Shown here in pieces: positions 36,214 to 45,665 of a stretch of DNA of 64,000 nucleotides (position 1 is the first letter of the stretch; every line of letters starts with the position of its first letter). The notes beneath the pieces were generated by a model. It was not told where the DNA came from, did not search any database, and worked only from the letters and a program-made list of their open reading frames with translations. The translations under genes were made by a program, and so were the position numbers. The stretch covers positions 57,275 to 121,274 of the forward strand of contig JAFVQU010000007.1 in NCBI GenBank assembly GCA_017504625.1, given 5' to 3'. The stretch is from Clostridia bacterium. Its GTDB lineage: Bacteria > Bacillota > Clostridia > Oscillospirales > CAG-272.

Positions 36214-37940
36214 CGCTCACCTCCTTTGAACTGCGAGTCGTAGATCTCTCTGTAAACGTCACAGCTTTCAAGCAGTTCTGCGTGAGTGCCGACTCCAACG
36301 GCACGACCGTCGTCAAGCACTATTATCATATCGGCGTGGGCGATAGACGAGGTTCTTTGCGAGATAATAAACACGGTTGGGTCATAATCAAGATTTTTGA
36401 GTGCATGGCGGAGCTTTGCTTCAGTTGCAAAGTCAAGTGCCGATGCGCTATCATCAAAAATAAGTATGGGTGCCCTGCGTACAACGGCACGGGCAATTGT
36501 AAGTCTTTGTCTTTGACCGCCCGAGAAATTTCTTCCAAATTGCTCTACGGGGGCATCAAGACCGCCGTCCTTTTCAAGCACGAAGTCCTTAGCCTGAGCA
36601 ACCTCAAGAGCATAAAGAAGCTCCTCATCGGTAGCGTTTGCACATCCCCACTCAAGATTTGAGCGTATCGTTCCTTTAAACAACACGGCCTTCTGAGGAA
36701 CTATGCCTATTTCCTCGCGAAGCGTGTCGGTGGGATAGGTATTGACGTTTCTGCCGAATACCTTGACTTCACCATTTTCGGCATCGTAAAATCTCGGAAT
36801 AAGGTTGACAAGCGAGGTTTTCCCCGATCCCGTTCCTCCGATAATGCCTACGGTCATTCCATTTTTAACTTTGAAATCAATGTTTTCAAGCGAAGGCTCA
36901 CTGTTACCGCTGTATTTAAGCGTTACGTTGTTAAATTCAACCGAGAAATCATTATCAGCGATATTCTCCTTGCCATCAAGCTCCTTTATTTCCATTCCCG
37001 TGGGAGTTTCAAGCACGGCTTCAACACGGTGACCGCACGCAACCGCCTTAGTCACGGTAACGATAGTGTTCGCAAGCTTGACAAGCTCTACGAGTATTTG
37101 GGACATATAGTTATATAGCGCGAAAAGATCGCCCTTGGTAAGATTGCCCGCGTCGATCTCAAACGAGGTAGTATAAACTACCGCAATGATACCGAGATTT
37201 ACAACGACGAACGTTAAAGGATTCATAAGAGCGCTTATTCTTCCCGCAAATCGCTGAATATCGGTATGAGCGTTATTCGCCTCCATCATATCGTCGTATT
37301 CGCTCTGCTGACGGTTGAACGCGCGAATAACTCTTACACCGCCGAGATTCTGACGTGTTATTGACGTAACCCTGTCAAGTCTTGACTGCACCTTTTTGTA
37401 TATCGGAATACCCGCAAGGATAATTGTAAACACGATAACGGCGAGAATGCCGATCACCGATGCGAAAATAGGTGTTGACATAGGCGTTATTGCATAAGCC
37501 ATTATTAACGCGCCGAAAACTATTATAGGCGAGCGCAAAAACAGACGGAGCGTCATATTTACGCCTGTCTGAAGCTGATTAATGTCGCTCGTCATTCTCG
37601 TGATCATAGAGGATTTTCCGAGCTTGTCCGCTTCGGTATAGGAAATTCTTTGCAGATGCGAGAATACCGCGTGACGCAAGCCGGTTGCGCATCCGACCGC
37701 CGCCTTTGCTGCAAAATACTGTGCGGTAACTGCGCAAATAAGTCCGATTATTCCAAGCGCGACTAAAACAAGGCATCCATTTATAACGTATCCCTTGTCG
37801 CCGTTCTCAATACCGATGTCAATAATTGCCTTTACGACAATAGGCACAAAAAGATCAAAGCACGCTTCAAGCAGCTTAAAGAAAGGCGCTAAGAAGCATT
37901 CGAGCTTGTATTTTTTCAAAAATTTCAATATAGGCTTCAT
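36210..37940 (-). CDS. ABC exporter, fused permease/ATPase (partner half-transporter)
   Basis: The protein has a 6-TM domain, Walker A GGTGSGKTS and signature FSGGQRQRL. A 4-nt overlap with the downstream partner suggests a heterodimer. Confidence 0.88.
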   Translation of the reverse strand: MKPILKFLKKYKLECFLAPFFKLLEACFDLFVPIVVKAIIDIGIENGDKGYVINGCLVLVALGIIGLICAVTAQYFAAKAAVGCATGLRHAVFSHLQRISYTEADKLGKSSMITRMTSDINQLQTGVNMTLRLFLRSPIIVFGALIMAYAITPMSTPIFASVIGILAVIVFTIILAGIPIYKKVQSRLDRVTSITRQNLGGVRVIRAFNRQQSEYDDMMEANNAHTDIQRFAGRISALMNPLTFVVVNLGIIAVVYTTSFEIDAGNLTKGDLFALYNYMSQILVELVKLANTIVTVTKAVACGHRVEAVLETPTGMEIKELDGKENIADNDFSVEFNNVTLKYSGNSEPSLENIDFKVKNGMTVGIIGGTGSGKTSLVNLIPRFYDAENGEVKVFGRNVNTYPTDTLREEIGIVPQKAVLFKGTIRSNLEWGCANATDEELLYALEVAQAKDFVLEKDGGLDAPVEQFGRNFSGGQRQRLTIARAVVRRAPILIFDDSASALDFATEAKLRHALKNLDYDPTVFIISQRTSSIAHADMIIVLDDGRAVGVGTHAELLESCDVYREIYDSQFKGGER

Positions 37941-38136
37941 TTCTACTCCAATATTGCTTCAATATGAAGCTATTATAACACTAATTCCATTTTTTTGCAA
38001 TACATACGGAGCAAAGTTAACAATATTATAAAAAAATGGGATTTTCACTTAAAAAACACGGAAAATTCTTAAATATTATTTATATGTTTCATACTGAGTT
38101 AAAAAATAAGTGATATAATTACAAAAGATTTTTTTA

Positions 38137-41100
38137 ATGGAGGCAAATACATTGTTAAAGCTCGTCAACATAAAAAAGGATTATGACACGGGAAACCTCA
38201 AGGTTCACGCCCTTAAGGGTATTGATCTTGAATTCAGAAAAAGCGAATTCGTGTCTATCCTCGGTCCCTCGGGCTGCGGTAAGACCACGATGCTTAATAT
38301 CATCGGTGGACTTGATCAGTATACCGACGGCGACCTTATCATCGACGGAAAGTCGACAAAAACCTTTAAAGCATCGGATTGGGATACCTACAGAAACCAC
38401 TCTATCGGCTTCGTATTCCAAAGCTATAATCTTATTCCCCATCAGACTGTACTTGCAAACGTAGAGCTTGCGCTTACTCTTTCGGGTGTTTCAAAGCACG
38501 AGCGCCGCAAAAGAGCCGCCGAGGCTCTTGAAAAGGTAGGTCTTGGAGATCAGCTCCATAAGCGTCCTGCTCAGCTTTCGGGCGGTCAGATGCAGAGAGT
38601 TGCTATTGCGCGAGCTCTTGTAAACGATCCCGAAATACTTCTTGCAGACGAGCCTACGGGCGCACTTGATACGGGCACGAGCGTGCAGATAATGGATATT
38701 CTGAAGGAAATCTCACGCGAGAAGCTGGTTATTATGGTTACACATAATCCCGAGCTTGCCGAGGAGTATTCAAGCAGAATCATCAAGGTGCTTGACGGTC
38801 TTGTTACCGACGACAGCGACCCTTACACTTCACCCACTGAAGCAGTTAAGTCTGAACCTACTAACACAAAAAACAAAAAGGATTGTACATGCAAGAACAA
38901 GGGCAACACAGGTAAGAAAAAGACCTCGATGTCCTTCTTTACCGCACTCTCGCTCTCGTTTAATAACCTTCGTACGAAAAAGGGTCGTACAATAATGACG
39001 TCCTTTGCGGGAAGCATCGGTATCATCGGTATCGCGCTTATCCTCGCGCTTTCAAACGGAATTACGATATTCATCAATCAGGTTCAGGAGGATACTCTCT
39101 CAACCTACCCTCTTTCAATTCAGAGAGAAACTCAGGATATGTCGGCTATGCTCACTGCCATGACCGCGACCGCCGAGGGCGAAAATCACGACGACAAATC
39201 CAAAATATACGTTGACGACTCGCTTGGAACTATGATGGCGGCTATGTCATCAACTGTCAGCAACAATCTTGAGGCGTTCAAGAAATATATCGACGAGCAT
39301 TACGATGAGCTCGACGAGCACGTAAGTGACATTCAGTACACCTACGGTCTTGATCTTCAGGTTTATAGCCCCGACGGAAAGACTAAGCTTGGCATGGAAG
39401 ATCTCTTCAAGAATATGGGTGATAGCTTCTCGGGTATAAGTGAGCTTATGTCAAGCGCGCCCGGCGGTGCCGGTATGGGTATGAACGTTATGAGTGAGAT
39501 GATCGACAATCGGGCTCTGCTTGATCAGCAGTATGAGGTCGTTGAAGGTCATTGGCCCGAAAATGAAAACGAGATCGTTCTTATCATCGACAAGAACAAC
39601 CAGATAAGCAAAATGGCGCTTTATATGCTCGGTATTCTTGACCAGAGCGAGCTTGACGAGATAATGACGGCGCTCATGACCAACGGCGAATACGACTCTA
39701 CTCCCATTGAGCCCTTCGACATGAGTTATTTCCTCGGTATGAATTTCTATCTTGTTAACACCTCGGACTTCTTTGAAAAGACCGATATGACTTATTTTGA
39801 CGAAAATGGCAACGAGCTTCCCGTTTGGAACGACATACGCGATGACGTAGAGTACGTTTCCGAGGACGGAAAGCTTGCTGAATTCGTAAAAGCAAACGGC
39901 ACAAAGCTCACAATTTCCGGTATCATTCGTCCGAGAATCGACGCTACCGCAACATCAATTTCGGGTGTTATCGGATATAGCAAGGATTTGACCCAAGCGA
40001 TCCTTGATATGAATGCCGAAAGCGAGATCATCAATCAGCAAAAGGCAAATCCCGATATTAACGTTCTCACGGGACTTGGATTTGAAAGAACTCACTACAC
40101 CCCCGAAACGATAGATCAGCTTATAAGCAAGATAGACGACGCTACAATGGATCAGTTCTACGCTTATATGACCAAAATGATCCTCACGAACGAAGAATTC
40201 GCAAGCCGTCTTGACGTTAAGGATGCTGAGTCCTTTATGCAGATATTCTTCCTTCTCCCCTCTGACGCGCAGGCAATTCTTATTGAATCTATGCTTACAG
40301 CCTCCAATGCACAGGATGCGGCGGGTACGGCTATGATCTGCAACGTCATCACAAGCATGACAGGCAACGTTACGGTTACGGCAGACAACCTTATAAAGCT
40401 TCTTCCCATTATGAGCATAGAACAGAAATACGTTCTTCTCTCAGGTGTTCCCGCAAGCGAACAAATGCCCTTTGATATCAAGGGGCTCGTTGCTCTCACG
40501 GGTGAAGAAATTATGGCAGGCATATACGCGCAGATGTCCGAAAATCTTAAGACAATGACTGTCACTGAGGAGATATTCCTTACGCTTCTCTCCTCTATGA
40601 ATGCTGAGGACGAGGATTTCATAACGCTTGAGGAAACGCTTTACAATTTTGCACCTCAGACAGACGCTACCTATGAATCGACCTTGAAGAAGCTTGGGGA
40701 TGCCGAGGAGGCAGATCCCGCATCGATCAACTTCTACGCAAAGGACTTTGAATCAAAGGACTATATCGTTGAATTTATAAAGAATTACAACAATTCTGTT
40801 GCCGAGAAGGATAAGCTTCAGTATTCCGACCTCGTAGGCGTTATGATGTCGTCGGTTACTACGATAATCAACGTAATTTCCTACGTTCTTATCGCTTTCG
40901 TTGCGATCTCGCTCGTTGTATCCTCCATCATGATCGGTATTATTACAAACATCTCCGTTCTTGAAAGAACCAAGGAGATCGGTATTCTCCGTGCCGTAGG
41001 TGCATCCAAGAGAGATATTTCGAGAGTATTCAATGCAGAGACCCTTATCATCGGTCTTGCGGCAGGAATTATAGGTATTGGCATGACACTTCTGCTCTGC

Positions 41101-41280
41101 CTGCCTACTAACGCAATTATCCAAGGTCTTACAGGATTTAAGAACATTAATGCGGTTCTTCCCGTGGAGGGCGCGATTATTCTCGTTATCATCAGCATGC
41201 TGCTGACTATAATCGCAGGTCTTATTCCCGCACGCTCTGCAGCCAATAAGGATCCCGTTATTGCGCTTCGCAGCGAATGA
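38137..41280 (+). CDS. Fused MacB/FtsX-type ABC transporter (ATPase + permease) with very large extracytoplasmic domain
   Basis: The N-terminal ATPase has GPSGCGKTT and LSGGQMQRV. TM1 lies near residue 290 and a C-terminal FtsX-like 3-TM bundle begins near residue 905. The start may instead be TTG 38152, with GGAGG 8 nt upstream. Confidence 0.85.
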   Translation: MEANTLLKLVNIKKDYDTGNLKVHALKGIDLEFRKSEFVSILGPSGCGKTTMLNIIGGLDQYTDGDLIIDGKSTKTFKASDWDTYRNHSIGFVFQSYNLIPHQTVLANVELALTLSGVSKHERRKRAAEALEKVGLGDQLHKRPAQLSGGQMQRVAIARALVNDPEILLADEPTGALDTGTSVQIMDILKEISREKLVIMVTHNPELAEEYSSRIIKVLDGLVTDDSDPYTSPTEAVKSEPTNTKNKKDCTCKNKGNTGKKKTSMSFFTALSLSFNNLRTKKGRTIMTSFAGSIGIIGIALILALSNGITIFINQVQEDTLSTYPLSIQRETQDMSAMLTAMTATAEGENHDDKSKIYVDDSLGTMMAAMSSTVSNNLEAFKKYIDEHYDELDEHVSDIQYTYGLDLQVYSPDGKTKLGMEDLFKNMGDSFSGISELMSSAPGGAGMGMNVMSEMIDNRALLDQQYEVVEGHWPENENEIVLIIDKNNQISKMALYMLGILDQSELDEIMTALMTNGEYDSTPIEPFDMSYFLGMNFYLVNTSDFFEKTDMTYFDENGNELPVWNDIRDDVEYVSEDGKLAEFVKANGTKLTISGIIRPRIDATATSISGVIGYSKDLTQAILDMNAESEIINQQKANPDINVLTGLGFERTHYTPETIDQLISKIDDATMDQFYAYMTKMILTNEEFASRLDVKDAESFMQIFFLLPSDAQAILIESMLTASNAQDAAGTAMICNVITSMTGNVTVTADNLIKLLPIMSIEQKYVLLSGVPASEQMPFDIKGLVALTGEEIMAGIYAQMSENLKTMTVTEEIFLTLLSSMNAEDEDFITLEETLYNFAPQTDATYESTLKKLGDAEEADPASINFYAKDFESKDYIVEFIKNYNNSVAEKDKLQYSDLVGVMMSSVTTIINVISYVLIAFVAISLVVSSIMIGIITNISVLERTKEIGILRAVGASKRDISRVFNAETLIIGLAAGIIGIGMTLLLCLPTNAIIQGLTGFKNINAVLPVEGAIILVIISMLLTIIAGLIPARSAANKDPVIALRSE

Positions 41281-41293
41281 TAAATAACAAAAA

Positions 41294-41326
41294 AGCTCTT
41301 ATTCCGCAAGGGATAAGAGCTTTTTT
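41294..41326. terminator. Terminator between the MacB-like gene and rubredoxin
   Basis: An imperfect stem gctcttat(t)cc / ggataagagc is followed by TTTTTT. Confidence 0.7.
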
Positions 41327-41353
41327 ATCGGTTATTATCTGCAATACGGGGTG

Positions 41354-41539
41354 TTAGTCCTCGTCATCGAAACTGTCGTCATCTACCAATTCAAAATCAT
41401 CCTTTGATGCTCCGCACAGGGGGCAGACCCACTCCTCCGGAAGCTCGTCAAACTCTGTTCCGGGCTCAATTCCGTTTTCAATGTCGCCCTTATGGGGACG
41501 ATAACGATATTCACACAACACACATACGTAATTTGCCAT
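41354..41539 (-). CDS. Rubredoxin (with acidic C-terminal tail)
   Basis: Both halves of the rubredoxin motif are present (CVLC...CPLCG; [10 protein letters not shown]...[13 protein letters not shown]). An AAGGAGA RBS precedes ATG 41539. The track ORF extends to 41587. Confidence 0.88.
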   Translation of the reverse strand: MANYVCVLCEYRYRPHKGDIENGIEPGTEFDELPEEWVCPLCGASKDDFELVDDDSFDDED

Positions 41540-41613
41540 AGTATTCTCCTTGAAAAAATATATGCTATAAATTAAAAACAATGCCAAAAGGTTCCTTTTG
41601 ATACGATGCTAAT

Positions 41614-41642
41614 ATCATATTACAAATTGCGGAATTTGTCAA
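41614..41642 (-). promoter_or_regulatory. Sigma-A type promoter of rubredoxin (TTGACA-17-TATGAT) containing an inverted repeat
   Basis: On the minus strand, TTGACA (41642-41637) and TATGAT (41619-41614) are separated by 17 nt. The spacer holds ACAAAT-N6-ATTTGT. Confidence 0.65.
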
Positions 41643-41877
41643 TAATCAATATATTACAAAAAATACTGAAGCAGGGTGTCTTATTTTATCAATTATGTAT
41701 ATTCATCATAATTCAATATAAATAATCAAAAAAATCGACAATTTTTTGTTCTTAAATCGAGAACGATCCCGCAAATATCATTAAAGCATCCGTCATTGAT
41801 CACGCGAATATTGCGCTCTATTTTCACATATTATTTATCAACGTACAGACGTAATATATTCAGGGAAAATAAGCGCC

Positions 41878-43476
41878 ATGCCATCAAGAACAAGAAACCT
41901 TTTTACAAATGCAATTTCGCTTACGCTGACTGCGCTCACAATACGCGCGGTGAGTGTGATTTTTAACGTATATATAGCAAACAAGGCAGGAAACGAGGCT
42001 ATGGGACTCTTTGCCTTGCTTGGCAGTGTCTATGCCTTTTCGATAACAATTGCGTGTGCAAGCATTAATCTTGGGACAACACGACTTGTTGCGGACGCAA
42101 TAGGGCTTGGTGACGGCAAGCTTGCGCTCAGATCTGTCAGAAAATCGCTTTTGATATGCTCTGTTACATCGATCATATCGGGACTTGTTCTCTTTTTCTT
42201 TTCAAATCGAATTGCGGGGGATCTGCTCGGGGATATACGTGCGGCATCTTCCCTTAAGGTGCTTGCCACAACGCTTTTCCCCGTTGCAGTATGCTCGTGC
42301 TTGACCGGTTATTTCACGGCAGTAAGGCGAGTAAAGCTTAATGCAACCTTTCAGATAGCTATACAGCTTATCAAAATCGCCGTAACGGTATGCTTTCTTA
42401 CTCTTTTTGGAGAGCTTGATCCCGAATCGGCGTGTGTCGCGCTCGTTTTGGGATCTGCAGCCGCCGAATTTATCTCGCTTGTCATCACCTTCTGTCTTTA
42501 TTTATATGACAAAAAGAAGCTTGTTGTTCTTGAACGAAAGTCAAATTATAGCGGAGAAGGAACATCAGTCGGTGAATCCATAACCAAGAAAATTTTGATT
42601 ATTACTCTTCCCGTAACAGTAAGCGCGTGTATTCGCTCGGGACTGAGTATGTTTCAACACATACTTATACCGCGCGGGCTTGCGGCAAGCGGAAGCTCTT
42701 GGTCGGAAGCCTTATCATCATACGGTGCGCTACATGGAATGGCACTTCCTCTGCTCCTTTTTCCTTCCGCTTTTATTGCCGCCTTCGCAGGATTGCTTAT
42801 ACCCGAGATAAGCGAATGCTGTATTCAGGAAAACACTTCAAGGCTTTCCCGCGCTTCATACCGCGCGCTCGGAATGGCTCTTATTTTCTCAATTGGCGTG
42901 TCGGGAATAATGCTGTTTTACTCACATGAGCTTGGCAGGCTTATATATAAGAGCGACGAGGTAGCGCGTTATATACGTATTTTAGCACCTCTGATCCCCA
43001 TAATGTATATTGACGGCGCCGTTGATGCGGTGCTAAAAGGCTCGGGACATCAGGTTTATTCAATGAACGTCAACATTGCGGATACTTTAACGGCTTGTCT
43101 TTTTGCGCTCTTCCTTATCCCTAAAATCGGAATATGGGGATATATCATTTCAATATATGCAACCGAAATACTGAACACAACACTTAGTCTTATGAAAATG
43201 ATAAGCGTAAGCAAAATAAAGGTGCGCATCGTTCATCAGATTGCTATGCCTATCATCTGTGTTATTGGAGCAACGAATTTATCGCGGATTGTTTTGTCAC
43301 TTATAAAGCTTCCGATAAATGATGCGGCGGCACTCGTGCTTGAAATTACGCTGACAATAGGAATATACGTTATTTTACTTAATCTGACGCGAACTATCGG
43401 CTCGGAGGAAAAGGAATTTCTCAACGCCGCACTTCTCAGCGAGAAAAAATATAATGAAAAATTTAAAAATCAATAA
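41878..43476 (+). CDS. MOP-superfamily flippase (SpoVB / polysaccharide biosynthesis protein family)
   Basis: The 532-aa product has about 14 TM helices and a SpoVB-like N-terminus (LFTNAISLTLTALTIRAVSVIFNVYIANKAGNEAMGLF). Confidence 0.7.
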   Translation: MPSRTRNLFTNAISLTLTALTIRAVSVIFNVYIANKAGNEAMGLFALLGSVYAFSITIACASINLGTTRLVADAIGLGDGKLALRSVRKSLLICSVTSIISGLVLFFFSNRIAGDLLGDIRAASSLKVLATTLFPVAVCSCLTGYFTAVRRVKLNATFQIAIQLIKIAVTVCFLTLFGELDPESACVALVLGSAAAEFISLVITFCLYLYDKKKLVVLERKSNYSGEGTSVGESITKKILIITLPVTVSACIRSGLSMFQHILIPRGLAASGSSWSEALSSYGALHGMALPLLLFPSAFIAAFAGLLIPEISECCIQENTSRLSRASYRALGMALIFSIGVSGIMLFYSHELGRLIYKSDEVARYIRILAPLIPIMYIDGAVDAVLKGSGHQVYSMNVNIADTLTACLFALFLIPKIGIWGYIISIYATEILNTTLSLMKMISVSKIKVRIVHQIAMPIICVIGATNLSRIVLSLIKLPINDAAALVLEITLTIGIYVILLNLTRTIGSEEKEFLNAALLSEKKYNEKFKNQ

Positions 43477-43478
43477 AA

Positions 43479-43515
43479 CAAAGCACTGCAAGTCAAACTG
43501 ACTTGCAGTGCTTTG
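43479..43515. terminator. Bidirectional terminator between the spoVB-like gene and the Zn-ribbon gene
   Basis: A 17-bp perfect stem (caaagcactgcaagtca / tgacttgcagtgctttg) encloses a 3-nt loop. Confidence 0.8.
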
Positions 43516-43582
43516 TACCATAAATAAAATATATAAACTGAAGTTAAAAGCGCAACTTGTTTACCTATTCGTAATTACAGTT

Positions 43583-43903
43583 TTACTGAGCAGAACGTCT
43601 TGCTTCGAAGCACTTGCTGCAGTAAACGGGTCTGTCGCTGGAAGGCTGGAACACGAGCTTTGCCTCGCCGCCGCACTCACTGCAGGTAGCGATGAAGTAC
43701 TGACGCTCGCCTCTCTCCGCGTTCTTTTTCTTGTCGCGGCAAGCCTTGCAGCACTTAGGCTGGTTCTGGAAGCCCTTTTCAGCATAGAACTGCTGCTCAC
43801 CTACGGTGAATACGAACTCCTCGCCGCAATCTCTGCACTTGAGGGTGATATCCTCGTAAGTAACTTCCTCAACGCCTTCTACTTTTACTTCATTTTCGCA
43901 CAT
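43583..43903 (-). CDS. Zinc-ribbon domain protein (two CxxC...CxxC modules)
   Basis: The 106-aa product contains two modules, CRDCG...CCKAC and CSECG...CSKC. Its function is unknown. Confidence 0.65.
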   Translation of the reverse strand: MCENEVKVEGVEEVTYEDITLKCRDCGEEFVFTVGEQQFYAEKGFQNQPKCCKACRDKKKNAERGERQYFIATCSECGGEAKLVFQPSSDRPVYCSKCFEARRSAQ

Positions 43904-44005
43904 TGTTTTTTTACCTCGCTTTGAAATTGTGTAATTGTTCCGCCGCTTCGCTTTTACAACGGCAGATATATAAAATCTCTCTTAATAAGGAGAATTTATC
44001 AAAAT

Positions 44006-44629
44006 TTAATTGCTTCCCGAGATCTTTTCTCGAAGCTTTTTTCTTATACGGTATATCGCATTGGAAACCGACTTGGTATCAGACGAGCCAAGCGTCCTTG
44101 CAATATCCGAAACAGACGTGCCCGAAACGTAGAGCCACCACACGCGGCTTTCATATTCGGAAAGGCTTCCTTGAATAACTCCTATCAACGTCGACAGGTT
44201 TTCTCTGTCAATGACGTCCTGCATAAGATCACGGTAGGTGGATACCGCCCCTGACTCGCTATCAAGCGGGAACACGTTTTTCTGGCTTCTTCTTTTGTAC
44301 GAGCGTATAAAAGAAATCAATCCGTTTTCAATGCATATTTTTGCATACAGACCGAATTCAACTCCTTCGATCGATACGTCAAAATTACATACCGCACGGC
44401 AAAATTGAACAAGAGCCTCGCCACGAAGATCCTCAATATCGTCATCCGTCATTTCATACAGGGTATTTTTTGACACCCTTCCTTCTATAAGCGGCTCGTA
44501 TATTTTCTTAAGCTCAAAAAAGGCTTCTTCACTACCCGCCTGAGCCTTTTTTATAAGCTCTGATATGTGAGATCTTCTTTGGGCTTCATCGTCTGTCTGA
44601 CCGTTTGCGATATACTTAAAATTATCCAT
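44006..44629 (-). CDS. Sigma-70 family RNA polymerase sigma factor (divergent, subgroup not assignable)
   Basis: A region 2-like segment (IEDLRGEALVQFCRAVCNFD) and a region 4 HTH (SVSDIARTLGSSDTKSVSNAIYRIRKKL) are present. Confidence 0.7.
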   Translation of the reverse strand: MDNFKYIANGQTDDEAQRRSHISELIKKAQAGSEEAFFELKKIYEPLIEGRVSKNTLYEMTDDDIEDLRGEALVQFCRAVCNFDVSIEGVEFGLYAKICIENGLISFIRSYKRRSQKNVFPLDSESGAVSTYRDLMQDVIDRENLSTLIGVIQGSLSEYESRVWWLYVSGTSVSDIARTLGSSDTKSVSNAIYRIRKKLREKISGSN

Positions 44630-44683
44630 AGAACCTCGCCAAGCGGTACATATTATGTAAAATAAACATATACCGATATAATA

Positions 44684-44711
44684 ATTATAACATTATTGTG
44701 AATATTGTCAA
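44684..44711 (-). promoter_or_regulatory. Sigma-A type promoter of the sigma-factor gene (TTGACA-16-TATAAT)
   Basis: On the minus strand, TTGACA (44711-44706) and TATAAT (44689-44684) are separated by 16 nt. Confidence 0.65.
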
Positions 44712-44769
44712 CTCTTTTTTTATGACACTTTTTTTGAAAATTTGACACAGTATTTTTACACATAGTAAT

Positions 44770-44805
44770 AAATGCACAAAACAGTGTGACTTGTTTTGTG
44801 CATTT
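44770..44805 (-). terminator. Hairpin downstream of the DUF4364-like gene
   Basis: The stem aaatgcacaaaaca / tgttttgtgcattt encloses a 7-8 nt loop. The downstream T-tract is weak. Confidence 0.5.
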
Positions 44806-44946
44806 GATTCATTTTAATGTTTTTTTATGTGCGTAATGCCTATATTCCAAATTGAAAGTTTGTTAATAATGCCTGTAAATTTTTTTAAAACAAAGCCAAA
44901 TCTTTAAATCAATACTTTAGCTCAGTATAATTTTTTGTGCATTTTA

Positions 44947-45498
44947 TCAATTGAAAATAAAATTAATATTTCCGGAAAGAAGCGCCATAACACCCTTATA
45001 TACGATCTCGGGGTGATCTCTGAAATTATCTTCCATTCTTTTCGCGCGATTGAGCGAATCCACGACCACGTTATTCTGCATTATAATATCGTCTCTTTCT
45101 TTTATAATACATATAACATCGTATCTTCCATCCTCTCTTTTTTCAACCTTGCAGGAAATCTTAATTCCGCGCTTCTTGAAGTCAAGATATCGAAGTGCGC
45201 ATTCAAGGCTCTTGTCAAGGAGCGAGGTGAGAACCTCACTGCGAAGCTCGGTGGCAACTATTCTTCCCTTATTAGTTACCATATATAAGGGATCTCCCGA
45301 TTCGTTGTATTCACAAATTTCAATAAGGTCTGCGTCAAGCATTTCGTGAAATGCCTCGGCGAAATCTATATACATAACGTAATCGTTCTGCATAACTATA
45401 TCGTTTATCGTCACATAATCAAGCGGATAATTTATATTCTGCATCAGATAAAGCACGAATATCTTTACGTTTCTGATGCTTCCTACGAGTGAAGCCAT
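44947..45498 (-). CDS. DUF4364-like protein (putative winged-helix regulator)
   Basis: The 183-aa product resembles DUF4364 (FVLYLMQNINYPLDYVTINDIV...). A GGAGG RBS lies 8 nt before ATG 45498. Confidence 0.55.
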   Translation of the reverse strand: MASLVGSIRNVKIFVLYLMQNINYPLDYVTINDIVMQNDYVMYIDFAEAFHEMLDADLIEICEYNESGDPLYMVTNKGRIVATELRSEVLTSLLDKSLECALRYLDFKKRGIKISCKVEKREDGRYDVICIIKERDDIIMQNNVVVDSLNRAKRMEDNFRDHPEIVYKGVMALLSGNINFIFN

Positions 45499-45665
45499 AA
45501 ATAATACCTCCATAGGCTCTGTATTTGCTGTCTTATTATTTTACCACACTTTTTGATTTTTTTCAAGACAAACCGTTGCTTTTTTTGAAAAAATATGATA
45601 TTATATTTATATTATCGCAATAGGCTTTATTGCGATGCAGTTTTCCCTATCGAAAGGAAGAAAAA

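Noticed and set aside
43508-43924. A 138-aa plus-strand ORF overlaps the Zn-ribbon protein gene.
   Set aside because: It is an Ala/Leu-rich shadow ORF. The minus-strand frame gives regularly spaced CxxC pairs and is bounded by a terminator and an RBS.
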